Shown here: positions 41,691-52,912 of the stretch, one piece after another
How the letters are laid out: every line of letters starts with the position of its first letter
How positions within the stretch are numbered: the first letter of the stretch is position 1
NCBI GenBank assembly: GCA_964016885.1
Contig: OZ024743.1
Location: 273,234,001-273,298,000, forward strand
DNA from: Eledone cirrhosa
Lineage: Eukaryota
Length of the DNA stretch: 64,000 bases
Direction: 5' to 3'
Translations under genes and position numbers: made by a program
The notes under the pieces: model-generated
What the model saw: only the letters and a program-made list of their open reading frames with translations
Databases searched by the model: none
What the model was told of the DNA's origin: nothing

Positions 41691-42219
41691 AAAGAATAGA
41701 GGTGTAACACACAAGTTATTATATATTGGTAAACGGAATAGAAAATGCTGACAAATTGTTCACAGTTGAAAAATGGTTTAATTAGGAATAAAAGAGTATT
41801 AGTGATTGTATGGGTTAGTATTCAGTTGTGGTTTTAAGTTTTTAAGTTTTTACCGGTTGCGCATTTCTAAATGCTTTTCAAAAATAATTTTGAGATAGAG
41901 TGTCCGTGCTGTTTGCTCTGATCTGATTAGTTTTGGGAAATCTACCTGTTTTTATGTTAAAAAAATGGCTCCAGCGTTATTTTTGTGTTGCAAAAATGCT
42001 TGTGGTCAAAACAATTTTGATTGGTCGGTAGAGGTCATGTGAATGTAAAAAGTTGATTTTGCGCCAAGACTGTTTTTATGTTAAAATGTTAGAAAAGTGG
42101 CTCCAGCAAAAATTATGGTCAAAACAATTTTGATTGGTCGGTAGAGGTCATGTGGATAAAAAATTGGTTTTGCGCCAAGATTGAGAAATGACTCTTTCAC
42201 AACAAATGTGTGTGTGTGT

Positions 42220-42265
<46 letters not shown>

Positions 42266-42331
42266 TAGTAGTAAGGTGTTCGATGCTGCGACAATAGCCA
42301 CCAGCGATGTGTGTCAAATGGCTATTAAGAT

Positions 42332-42369
<38 letters not shown>

Positions 42370-42504
42370 ACATACACACAGCAGAGTCATTCGAAGGTCA
42401 AAAGATATTTTTCAGCTTTTGTCTTATACGGAGAAGTGCGTGTGTGTGTGTGTGTGTGTATAAGTCTCTTTGTATGTTGATGTACGCGTGTGTATGTGTT
42501 TGTG

Positions 42505-42536
<32 letters not shown>

Positions 42537-42667
42537 CGTGTGTGGGTGGACCAGTATTTTTTCCCCCCTGGTAAAATGGTGTACATTATTCGATTTTTTC
42601 AGTAAAATCGGTTCTCTTAATAGAACATCAACAATCTTAACAATAAAAGGTGTGAAATGATATTCAC

Positions 42668-42720
<53 letters not shown>

Positions 42721-42723
42721 TTT

Positions 42724-42762
<39 letters not shown>

Positions 42763-42904
42763 TACATACATATATATGCACATATATTTTTTTGTATTGC
42801 ACCATAGAGCATGTGTGTTTACGTGTGTCATTGTGTTTATATGTGGGTAGAGATGTGTGCTGATGTAGGTATGTATGTTGACGTGTGTATGTTGTGGGTT
42901 CGTC

Positions 42905-45259
42905 TTAGGGAGAAGTGTTTAGACGGGGTCCGTATTTGTTAATGAAGTAAGATTCCTTGCTGATGCGCTGGGTGTGGGTGGCATTATCTTTAAATTTGTA
43001 GAGGGGAAAGATTCTGAAGTTGGGATGATTTTGGGCGGCGCAGGTATCAATGTGTTCACTCAGTGGTATTTTCCTGTATTCCCGTATTTTAATTTGGGAT
43101 CTATGGACAGTCATGCGTTGGCGGAGGCTGTTTTTGGTCTGGCCTATGTATTGTTCTCGACAACCTGAACAAGTTAATACATATATTAAATTTTCCGATG
43201 CACATGTGAAATTGTGTTTTACTATAAAACGTTGTCCATCTTTGAAATAGAATTCCGAACCCTCTATTAGGTTGATGCAAATGCCACAGTTGGGTCTATC
43301 GCATTTTTTTACTGTGGGTTTCGTTGTTGTGGTTGGCAGTACTTTGGCATGTGTTAAGATGTTTTTCATTGACTTAGATTGTCTTTTGCTCTTTATGATA
43401 TCGTGTGTTCGTAGAATTTGGTTCATTCTATGGTCCTTTTTCAATACAGGGATGTTCTGGAGGATGGTGTCAAAGGCCTCGTTGTTGAGGGGGTTGTGTG
43501 TGGAGATGTATGGAAGAGCTTTTAGTTTTGGTTGATTTACTTTAGGGTGTCTAAGGTCCTGGGTACTGAGTTTTAGGGCACGTTGGATTCCATTGTCAAT
43601 TAGTGATGCAGGGTAGTCCCTGCCTATGAGTGTGTCCTTTAGTTCTTGTAGCCGTAAGTAGCAGATGTTTTTATTGGAGACTATAGTACAGATTCTCTTG
43701 GCTAAGTTGTAGGGAATATTAATTTTAACGTGTCTAGGGTGGCAAGAGTTGAAGGGGAGGTATTGCTTGGAGTCTGTGGGCTTGTAGTATATGTCTGTTT
43801 CTATTTTTTTGTTATGGATCTTAATGAGGATGTCGAGGAAGGGGAGTTGTTGATGGCTGTATTCCATCGTGAAGTTAATATTTGTGTTGAGCCCATTTAT
43901 AAGGGTGTGAAATTCTTTAAGTTTTTCGATGTTTTCGTGCCAAAGGATGAAGCAGTCATCAAGATATCGCTTCCAGTTCCTTTCAATGTGTAAGTGGAGG
44001 GTGTTTCCAAATTTGTTTAGGACTTTAGTGTAGAGGGTGATTTCCAGGTATCCCATGACTAGGTTGGCATACGTAGGGGCTGTTTTCGTTCCCATAGCGG
44101 TCCCAGATTTCTGCCTGTAGGGTTTGTTATTGAAAACGAAGTAATTGTTCTCCAAGATAAATTTGAGTCCCTCTATCACGAATTCTTTTTTGATGCGTTG
44201 TGGGAGTTCATTGTGGAAGTTATCCAGCCAGAATTGGATAGCTTCTATTCCTAGGTTGTGGGGGATGTTGGAGTATAGGTTGACTACATCGAACGTCACT
44301 AGTAGGGTTTGTTCAGAAAGTGGCATATTAGGGAGGTGATTGAGCATATCTAGGTCGTCCCTTATATAGCTTTTGATGTGCTTGAGGAAGGGTTTGAGAA
44401 GGGTATCAATGAAGTTGCTAAGACGGTGCGTTTCGCAAGCGGGGCCTGCTATTATAGGTCTTAATTTGAGATCATTGGGTGAGGGGACATTGATGACTAT
44501 GTCTGTGGCTTCCTTGCATGCCTTACTGATTGATTCGCTTTTATGTACTTTAGGGATACCGTAGAAAAGGCTGGATTTACTTGTGAAGTCTGTGATGAAG
44601 CTGAATTCCTTGTTAGTGAGTCCTTCTTTGTATTGGTTGATTAGAGTTTTTAGGTTTCTCATAATTTTCTGTTGATTGTAGTGTTCAGCCTTTTCGTAGT
44701 ATGTTTCGTTTTCCAAAGTGGAGAGCGCTAAGTTGATATAGAATTCTGTCTCCATTAGGACTACTGTACTCCCTTTATCAGCCTCTTTAATTGTAATGGT
44801 TCTGTCGGTTTTTAATCTATTTAATTCTTCCCATTCTTTCTTGTTGAGGTTTGGCTTGTGTTTTTGTCTGTGCAAGTGTTGGTAAGGGAAGTTTGTGATG
44901 TGTTCACAGAATTCGTCCAGGATTTTATTTCTACCTTTTGAAGGGGTGTAATTGCTTCTATTTCTGGCTAATGATTCATCCTCATTGTACTGGTCGAATA
45001 GTTGTTCACTAAGTCGTAACTTTCTACAGAAGACTGTGATGTCTTCCTTCATTTCATAGTAGTTAGGACGTAGTGGGGTCGGTGTGAATTTAAGACCTTT
45101 GGAGAGTAAGTTGATAAGGTTGGGTGTTGGTTCTGCACTAGTAAGATTGATAATTTTTATTACTATCGGTTTCTCCTCCCTGTCTTGTGTTATTTTGTTT
45201 GCCTGTATCTGTGTGCTGTGTCTAAAAAATGGTTGGGGTAGAGGGGTTGTCTGCTGATG
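42905..45259 (-). CDS. PLE reverse transcriptase + Cys linker + GIY-YIG endonuclease (frame open to 45259; first AUG at 45052)
   Basis: Motifs: INLTS..LLSKGLKFTPTP (upstream of the AUG), ADKGS, FYGIPKVHK, LRPII, FDVVNLYSNI, GTAMGTKTAPTYANL, WKRYLDD, LPFLD, SCHP, CDRPNCGIC, NLIYVLTC..YIGQT. No stop codons. Confidence 0.95.
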   Translation of the reverse strand, partial: HQQTTPLPQPFFRHSTQIQANKITQDREEKPIVIKIINLTSAEPTPNLINLLSKGLKFTPTPLRPNYYEMKEDITVFCRKLRLSEQLFDQYNEDESLARNRSNYTPSKGRNKILDEFCEHITNFPYQHLHRQKHKPNLNKKEWEELNRLKTDRTITIKEADKGSTVVLMETEFYINLALSTLENETYYEKAEHYNQQKIMRNLKTLINQYKEGLTNKEFSFITDFTSKSSLFYGIPKVHKSESISKACKEATDIVINVPSPNDLKLRPIIAGPACETHRLSNFIDTLLKPFLKHIKSYIRDDLDMLNHLPNMPLSEQTLLVTFDVVNLYSNIPHNLGIEAIQFWLDNFHNELPQRIKKEFVIEGLKFILENNYFVFNNKPYRQKSGTAMGTKTAPTYANLVMGYLEITLYTKVLNKFGNTLHLHIERNWKRYLDDCFILWHENIEKLKEFHTLINGLNTNINFTMEYSHQQLPFLDILIKIHNKKIETDIYYKPTDSKQYLPFNSCHPRHVKINIPYNLAKRICTIVSNKNICYLRLQELKDTLIGRDYPASLIDNGIQRALKLSTQDLRHPKVNQPKLKALPYISTHNPLNNEAFDTILQNIPVLKKDHRMNQILRTHDIIKSKRQSKSMKNILTHAKVLPTTTTKPTVKKCDRPNCGICINLIEGSEFYFKDGQRFIVKHNFTCASENLIYVLTCSGCREQYIGQTKNSLRQRMTVHRSQIKIREYRKIPLSEHIDTCAAQNHPNFRIFPLYKFKDNATHTQRISKESYFINKYGPRLNTSP

Positions 45260-45801
45260 TTAAGTGGTCTCCTGTGTTTGTTATATTCCTTGTTGTTGTA
45301 AAATGTGGTTCGGGTTGGTGGTTGTAGATTGAATGGGGTGTTCCTGTACTGCGAGTATGGGTGTGTGTTTCTATGTGCCATGTTGTATTGTGGTGTTATA
45401 AGTGGCCTACGTTGTTGGTTGTATCGTGTGGTGTGGGTTTGTTGTGTATTGTGGAAGTGAGAGTTGAGAAAATGGTAATTACCTTGCTGTCCCCTTGAGG
45501 CGGGGAAGTTGTTGCATCTATCATGGCGGTGGTATCTTTTCCCTATGTTTGACGATGAGGAATCCGCGTAGTAGTTGAGTGATTTGGTATGGTGTCTCCT
45601 TGAAGGGGGAAAGTTGTAAATGTCATTCTGGGGGAGATGATTTCTTGGGTTTTTGTTCCTTCTTATGGTAGCGAGGTTGGGAAGTTCATCTTCGGTGTGG
45701 TGCTTTCTTCTTCGTTTGTTTGAGGCTTGGGGGTTTGAGAAGTTGTTGTGCGGTTCAGTTATGGGTTTTCCTAGTTTTATGAACGGGTTATTGGAGGTGT
45801 A
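45190..45801 (-). CDS. Upstream ORF1 of the PLE (5'-truncated), N/Q/H/Y/R/P-rich low complexity, KRRRK basic patch
   Basis: About 200 uninterrupted codons overlapping the RT frame by 70 nt. The listed N-terminus MAPALF.. (45802-45867) comes from the inverted repeat. Confidence 0.65.
   Translation of the reverse strand, partial: YTSNNPFIKLGKPITEPHNNFSNPQASNKRRRKHHTEDELPNLATIRRNKNPRNHLPQNDIYNFPPSRRHHTKSLNYYADSSSSNIGKRYHRHDRCNNFPASRGQQGNYHFLNSHFHNTQQTHTTRYNQQRRPLITPQYNMAHRNTHPYSQYRNTPFNLQPPTRTTFYNNKEYNKHRRPLNISRQPLYPNHFLDTAHRYRQTK
45223..45229 (-). promoter_or_regulatory. Candidate -1 frameshift slippery heptamer U UUU UUA (alternatively a splice acceptor)
   Basis: X XXY YYZ in the ORF1 frame. 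A -1 slip enters the RT frame. Confidence 0.6.
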
Positions 45802-46102
45802 TACCGACCAATCAAAATTGTTTTGACCACAAGCATTTTTGCAACACAAAAATAACGCTGGAGCCATTTTTTTAACATAAAAACAGGTAGAATTCCCAAA
45901 ACTAATCAGATCAGAGCAAACAGCACGGACACTCTATCTCAAAATTATTTTTGAAAAGCATTTAGAAATGCGCAACCGGTAAAAACTTAAAAACTTAAAA
46001 CCACAACTGAATACTAACCCATACAATCACTAATACTCTTTTATTCCTAATTAAACCATTTTTCAACTGTGAACAATTTGTCAGCATTTTCTATTCCGTT
46101 TA

Positions 46103-46163
<61 letters not shown>

Positions 46164-46166
<3 letters not shown>

Positions 46167-46755
46167 TTTGCAATACACTTTATGCTTAATTAAAAGCATT
46201 TTGAAGACCGTAAGCTATTGTTTTTTAGAGTAGTGACACATTCACTTACTTTGATCTCAGCAAACAGGGGAGATAAGCCGACAAGGTCTTGTTTCGCTTT
46301 TGTTGAAGCTTATCAAGGCTAACTACATCCACCTGTCTATCGAGATCATTGATGTTATATTCTTATAGAATTCTAGTAAATAATCAGGATCTGATTATGC
46401 AGAGCGGTTGTTGGTCAGGCAGAAATAAAAAATTCGAATTGGAACTCTGAAATAGCAATATATATATGGATGTATATATAATGTATTTTGCAATACACTT
46501 TATGCTTAATTAAAAGCATTTTGAAGACCGTAAGCTATTGTTTTTTAGAGTAGTGACAAATTCACTTACTTTGATCTCAGCGAAACAAGGCCTTGTCGGC
46601 TTATCTCCCCTGTTTGCTGAGATCAAAGTGAATGAATTTGTCACTACTCTAAAAAAAATAGCTTACGGTCTTCAAAATGCTTTTAATTAAGCATAAAGTG
46701 TATTGCAAAATACATTATATATACATCCATATATATATATTGCTATTTCAGAGTT
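46164..46755. mobile_element. Retrozyme-like family of 33493: minus-sense tandem (320 bp unit) joined head-to-head to a plus-sense copy at ~46580
   Basis: CAATACACTT occurs at 46171 and 46491. HHR on minus 46276-46320: AGCC-TTGATAA-GCTT CAACAA AAGC-GAAA-CAAG AC CTTG-TC-GGCT. Confidence 0.85.
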
Positions 46756-46776
46756 TATATATATATAAATATATAT

Positions 46777-46915
46777 AGGGACGAGTAGGACCCCGACGGC
46801 TGAGCTGAAGCCGTTTCGACGGCTAATTCTCAGCCGTCGGGGTCCTACTCGTTCCTATTACCCAATCTACTACCCTAAGTATTGAGTACTTTGGTTCCTT
46901 ACCACATTTCCTTCG

Positions 46916-46918
<3 letters not shown>
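46777..46918. repeat. Fold-back cassette of the 14538 terminus family between TA arrays
   Basis: ACGAGTAGGACCCCGACGGCTGAG / CTCAGCCGTCGGGGTCCTACTCGT perfect inverted repeat. Confidence 0.85.
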
Positions 46919-46966
<48 letters not shown>

Positions 46967-46989
46967 GACATCTGTTCAGTGGTCAACCA

Positions 46990-47365
46990 AAATGAGATTG
47001 TCCCCTATGCGGAATTTCTTCATGAATATTTCTAATAAGTTGTTGCCTCGTTTTGGAGGACTGAGTTGTGGTAGGAGGAAGGAGAGTAGTGGGAGGGAGG
47101 GTTTAAGATACAGTAGTTTTATCTCCTCTTTCCACTCTCTCACTGAAACATCTCTTTCCTCCTTCTTTGTAAAGATTTTCCAAGGGGTTCCATTACTGAT
47201 TTTTATTGAATTCTAATTAGCCAGTCCTGTTTCTGAATATTAGCTCAACATGTGTGTAAGGTTTCATCAGGATCGGATCACGGGTGTAAGCGCAAACTCG
47301 TTATACACAGATACATAGATACACAGATACACATACAGACAAGCATTATCATTTATATAGTAGCT
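46990..47365 (+). mobile_element. Helitron-like non-autonomous 3' portion
   Basis: TTTCATCAGGATCGG..GGTGTAAG, ACAG/ATAC short repeats, ends CATTTATATAGTAG. Confidence 0.4.
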
Positions 47366-49236
47366 AATGTAAAGATTGCCTCCCCTAGATCAGAAGAAAA
47401 ATGAAATAAAATATCTTTCAAACATTTTAAAAGTAATTCTTCATCGGAAGTAAATAAGACCAGGGAAGTATATATATTTTTTCATAAGGGCTGAGGATTG
47501 ACGGTACTTGTGGCATTAATCTATTAAGATCAATCGGAAACCAACTTGAAAATTTAAGTTGAAATGTCATCAATAAGCTTAGCAGTCATATATTTATGTA
47601 ATATAAACTACTTCGATACTTACATAGCGACAGCCCAGTCTTCGTAATTAAACTTCACACTTAGATAAGGATGTGTAGATATATTGATAAAGTACAATTG
47701 TCAGAATAAGTAATAAAGCAGTGTTTTCCATTTTATTGGAAAGATATAATGAGAAAACTCTTGATAAATTAAAGCTTGTACTTTCGTCAGTCACAAGACA
47801 TCAAATTAAAAAGTTAGCTATTATAATATGTGTAGCCAAACTTAAAGTTCCCCACGCGTTCTTTCTTATCTATTTAAATATTGCTAATATGGTTTAGGTT
47901 TGAAATGAATTTCTTTAGAAAATATTTCTGCATTTCTTACCACTACTTCAGCACCCCCCCCCCATACACACACAGACACATACATACATATATATAATCT
48001 TAAGAAAATTAACAAAGATCGGACAGGATAACGATCGAAAAGAAGGCAAAACGAAAAACAATTTTTTTTAGGGGAGACCATATAAAAATATAAAAATAAA
48101 AAAATGCAAATGAAAGATACAGAACTCCAGGGTCATCGGCCATTTAGATACACTTTAAGAGTTTCTATCCCTCCGAACATTACTGCGTCTGACACAAGCC
48201 AAAATGCTGTCCAGTAGAGTAAGAGACGAGAGAAAAAACATGAATTTATAGCGATTAAGCTATCACGAGTACACATATAATAATTTTATGTGACGTCTGC
48301 GAGAAAGTGTAGTATTGTGTAACACGAGAGTCTCATGAATGTTATAAAAGGAAAAAAAGGAAGAAAAAAGGCAGAAATAAGGTAACCAGACGAAAGTCAG
48401 GTATTGTCCTAAAAAATGCGTATGCCAATGAAATTACTGGTGGGAGAAGAGAAAACACGATCATTACATTACTAATGATAAATGTGAGAAGATTAACAAA
48501 GGAAGGACGAGACAACGAACGAAAACAAGGCAATATCAGTGCAGAATGATAGTAGGACAATAACATTAATTACATCAATGGGATTATATTTCCATCGACG
48601 AACCTGCCTTAAGTAAAGAATATTTTATCAATGCTTGTATATACTATTTCTAATCTATTAATATTGGATTCACTGTTATTATTTTTATGGTTTCGACTTG
48701 TCAATTCTGTAATTTGTTATCATATTAGGCCCATAGTTCTAGTGGATTCATTGAGCAGATATAAACGTTGAATCCCATAGTTACAAATTATGTTAAATAT
48801 TTGTGAAATGATATGTTGTGACTAAAATTACATTTAAATAAAATCAAACATACCTCAACATAGCGTTCTATTTTTATATATAGAATGCAGCAAGGGCTGA
48901 AACAGTAGTGCTTCTATTCAGGTGATACATGCACATGACTACTACGTATTTATTCGATGCCCTTCGATGTGTGTTAGTAGAAAGTAATGATGTGGATTTG
49001 GTCTTAACTGTAGTCCACGTATGTTTGGAACAGCGAACAAAGGACGAATTCCCTAACGCTTTTAGTGTTATGAACGAATTCAGGATGTTTAAAATATGGA
49101 TTCCAAGTGTGCATTGTTGCTGGATACCACGCCTGTTTCTCCGACTTTAACTGTAATAAATATTTGCCACCTCAACAGTTATGAGACGCTTTAAATTTAA
49201 ATTATATCGAGAAATAATAATAATAATAATAATAAT

Positions 49237-49855
49237 GATTTCTTTATTGGCCACAAGGGCTGACATCAAGAAAAACATTACAGACGGCACAGGACGGTAC
49301 GATGTGGGTTTTGTGCGTGTAAATATGTTTATTATTTATATAAGAAAAAGAAAAAAAAGGACATAGAAACATATATATATATAAACAATAAAAATGAAAA
49401 TTGAAACAATGAACAATTCCCCCAATAGGGGGGAAACCTCCGAGGGTTACTCGTGGCGAAAACCACACAAAAGACCACGGCCACCGTGACCATCAGGGCA
49501 AGCGCCCTCTCTCAATGTTTCCATCTCTCAAACTATAGACGTATATGCAGAGCGGTCCCGTTCACTCGGACCATTCTCGCTACATTCACCCACCTTTCAA
49601 CAAACTTGCTAGAAAGCAGCACTTGCCTCTCCACCCTTATTTACCTCTTCAGGTTAAACTTGAAAAAGTTAATTAGGGATTCGCCGAAGAGGAAAGTGTC
49701 TGTCTTTAACCCTTTTAACCTTGTCCACCACATAATCTCTTTCGCCATGGCCACCAGGCAGATGAAAACCGCCTGCCCTTCCTCCTCGAAGGAAGGCGGC
49801 GAGACAATGGACTCAGTCGATAACAGGATCAGTCCTACACCCGACAGCAACAATA
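49237..49855 (-). mobile_element. L1/Tx1-like LINE 3' fragment with (ATT)n tail
   Basis: Encodes AMAKEIMWWTRLKGLKTDTFL, homologous to 58218-58439. Ends CCTTGTGGCCAATAAAG. Confidence 0.85.
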
Positions 49856-49859
49856 ACTA

Positions 49860-50051
49860 TCTCAAAGAGTTTCCAAGGAGGATTAAAGAAAATTGGTCCC
49901 GCCCCGCTTTTTGGAACACTTCAAAAGGTATGCTTGCTGGGAACAGCAAGAACCCTCCGATACGTCCTGATTATCTGAGGCTGCAGGTAGTGGCTTGATA
50001 TTCATTTCAACAAACTTTCCAGTTAAATAACATCAATAACTGAGACTCAAA

Positions 50052-50083
<32 letters not shown>

Positions 50084-50085
50084 TT
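49860..50085 (+). mobile_element. R4/Dong-like LINE extreme 3' end with (AAT)n tail
   Basis: Encodes GTLQKVCLLGTARTLRYVL, matching the RLE C-terminal LQKxxLLGTARILR motif. Confidence 0.7.
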
Positions 50086-50799
50086 GATAATGATAATATT
50101 GCGCCCCATTGCAACAATTTATTCATGCCAATCGCTTTAATAAAAAATCATATTCTTAAACTATCTGATGCTGTTATTCACAAATATGACGTATTGCACA
50201 GATATTCGAAGTATCGAAACAAGCGTAGATAGCATCGTATCAATTCGGAAAGCTGTGCCGAGAGCAAAACATAAAAGTAAACGAAGAGAAATGTTTGTAT
50301 ATTAACTACAACGTAATTTGTCTGAAACTGTCACTACGTTATTCCTTTTTCTATCAACCACTACCCCATCTTCCTCCTTTTGGTCATCGTTATGATGATG
50401 ACGATGATGATGATGATGATGAGTAAGAGGAAGAAGATGGGGTAGAGGTTGATAGTGACGGATTCAGACATACAGGACTTAATTTGTCATTCTTAGACAG
50501 ACGAATGGGATCCCGAATATTCAAATATAACAAAATTCTATCATTGTCTGAAGATTATATCTGCGTTCTTGAAAGAAAATGAGATATAATCGTAATTTTT
50601 ATTATGCCCACACATAATGCAATATGGTATCCGACTGTATTGTTTTTTCCATCGTCTTTCCAGAATAATAAACGCATAGATATGCCCACACATACACATA
50701 TACATACTTACATGCATACTTTCATATATAATTTGAGAAAGCATGCATACATATTTATGTACATAAATACATACATGCATAAATATATACATACATACA

Positions 50800-51407
50800 T
50801 GGTGGCTGCCAACTCGTTTTCGAGTACGGCCACTACTTTATATCCATGTAGGAGAACCCCTACCGATGCGCTGAACAAGTGTGACTTTTTAGTCCTGCCA
50901 GCGACTTGAAAACTCTGGTACAAACACTACACTTGTGACAGTTATTGACACATAGTGCTGGGCCCATGGTACCATGTGATGACAAGTGAAGAGAGATCTC
51001 CAGATATAAAGCAATGCCTGTGCCGTGAAGCTTTTATAGTGAGCAAAGGCACTGCACAAAGCCAGTTCCACTCTCTTAACCAAGATGATATTTACCAAAA
51101 TGAAGAACAAGTCAACATCATCGGATACCATCAGGGTTGCAGGTGTTATATCAGAGTTTTCCTTCTCCTACAATTCTGCATTGACAAAGGCTAAGGGGTC
51201 ATCTCTCCCGGTGATTTTGGATGGCCATTGACTCTCAAGAGCTCCTTTGCCCTTTGACAGGTTTTGTTTTTAGTCCTGCAGGATGTCCAGAGTCACCCTC
51301 CTCACCAAGAAATCTTGGTGGGGTTGCCAGTTTAGTCGCCAACGACCCGACCATGGGACAGGTTGTACTGGGATACATGTTACCAGTAGCACCAACTGGT
51401 GACCTGA
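50800..51407 (-). mobile_element. Probable LINE 5' fragment with zinc-finger motif, inside (CATA)n
   Basis: Minus strand encodes CSVCTRVFKSLAGLKSH. The GC-richer block is flanked by CATA repeats. Confidence 0.45.
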
Positions 51408-51433
51408 CATACATACACGCATACATACATACA

Positions 51434-51467
<34 letters not shown>

Positions 51468-51639
51468 AACACGCACACGCCTAATACACACATACAGAAT
51501 ACATACATACAATCGATTCTCATCCTCTCTTGAATGCTAGAGGCCATTTGACTGACTATGGTCCCAGGTTCCAGAATAGAGTATCGCAGGGACATATTCC
51601 CAGGACAGTTTCTCTTCCATGCTATTTATACCATAAAAT

Positions 51640-52230
51640 AAGCCTCTTATTTTTGTTGTCCTTTATGCTGAAGAAATATGACGGATACATAATTGGTTCA
51701 CAGAAAGCCTGAAACACTAACCTAACACATAACGCCATTGTAGAACATCTGAAAGTGTATGCCAATAATATAAATGTTATGAAAAAAAAATTGTCCTGGT
51801 TACGATATCCAGGAAAGTTATAGTGATGGAATTTTGACCAGGATAACATTTTTTTATTTGATGGCAACGAGGGAAATTACAAACCAGTTTAACAATATCT
51901 CTATCAATGGATTGACTATTTCACAGTTATCTGACGAGAAATGCTATAAATATCTAGCGATTGATGACTATATATTCTATGAAGGATTTTGTATGAAGGG
52001 AGAAGTAGCAAGGGAATATTTGCCCGAATAAAAAAATATGATCTTCGGAATTTTCTGTATATTTGCTGTATCTGTGCTAATACCCACGTTTGGAGTTCTT
52101 GTCTCGTTACTAGATGATATGCGAGCTACTAGTGTTAAAACACGCATAGTTCCACATATACAATGACATATTTGCCTAAAACTTAAACACGCAGACACAA
52201 GATTCACGCATATCTAAACAGAGAGGACAG
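51640..52230 (+). mobile_element. Old R4/Dong-like RT fragment (family of 1-1825)
   Basis: Encodes NLTH.., NISINGLTISQLSDEKCYKYLAIDD and FAVSVLIPTFG. Confidence 0.65.
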
Positions 52231-52479
52231 TGTGTGAAACATTAAAATTCTTTTTCAGATTTTATGTTTGTTCTGAGATGGGTATATATTTATTTTTTTC
52301 TTCAATCCCTATCAAATATCTTATTACAAGAAGATATGCTGGAGATCCTACATTTAATGTTTAGGACTATTTTTTTCATATTACTGACAGACATGACCAT
52401 TTAGCAATACATACATTTTAGTTTTTAATTTGTTACCATCTAAGAACTTTTTAGGCTAGTTAGGCTAGTATTTACGGTT

Positions 52480-52912
52480 AGATACTAGTATCCGTAGAGT
52501 GTCAGACATTATGCTTTGCAGCATAGAGTTATGTCCCTTTACGTTCTGAGTTCAAAACCCGCCATGGTTATTTTTGCCTTTTATCCTTACAGGGTCGATA
52601 AAATAAAGTACCAGTAAGCACTGGAGTCAATTTTATCGACTTTCACGTCCCCTACAAATTGCTGGCCCTGTGCCTATAGTTGAAACAATTATCATCATTA
52701 TTAATCTTTTATATCTTCTGAGCGGTGGATTGACAGTATCGTTAGAGGGTCAGACGCCATCCTTTGCAAGCAAAAAGTTACGGCCCTTTATTGTCTGAGT
52801 TCAAATCCCGCCGAGGTTAATTTGCCTTTCATCCTTATGGGGTCGATAAAATAAAGTACCAGTAATACATTCGAATAATTGCTGGCCTTGTGCCAAAAGT
52901 AGAATCAATTAT
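52480..52912 (+). mobile_element. Two tandem tRNA-derived SINE copies
   Basis: Same family as 8155-8750. Confidence 0.85.

Larger units (their letters stand above)
41721..46111 (-). mobile_element. Young Neptune-like Penelope element with near-identical 310 bp inverted ends
   Basis: Intact RT/GIY-YIG ORF. 41721-42030 and 45802-46111 are reverse complements, with one mismatch seen by eye. Flanked by TA sequence. Confidence 0.9.

Noticed and set aside
45802-45867. AUG start MAPALF.. for ORF1
   Set aside because: It lies in the inverted tail copy, so it is a chance in-frame fusion at the truncation junction.
51320-51407. HDV-like ribozyme at a LINE 5' end
   Set aside because: I could not assemble the P1/P2 pseudoknot pairings.
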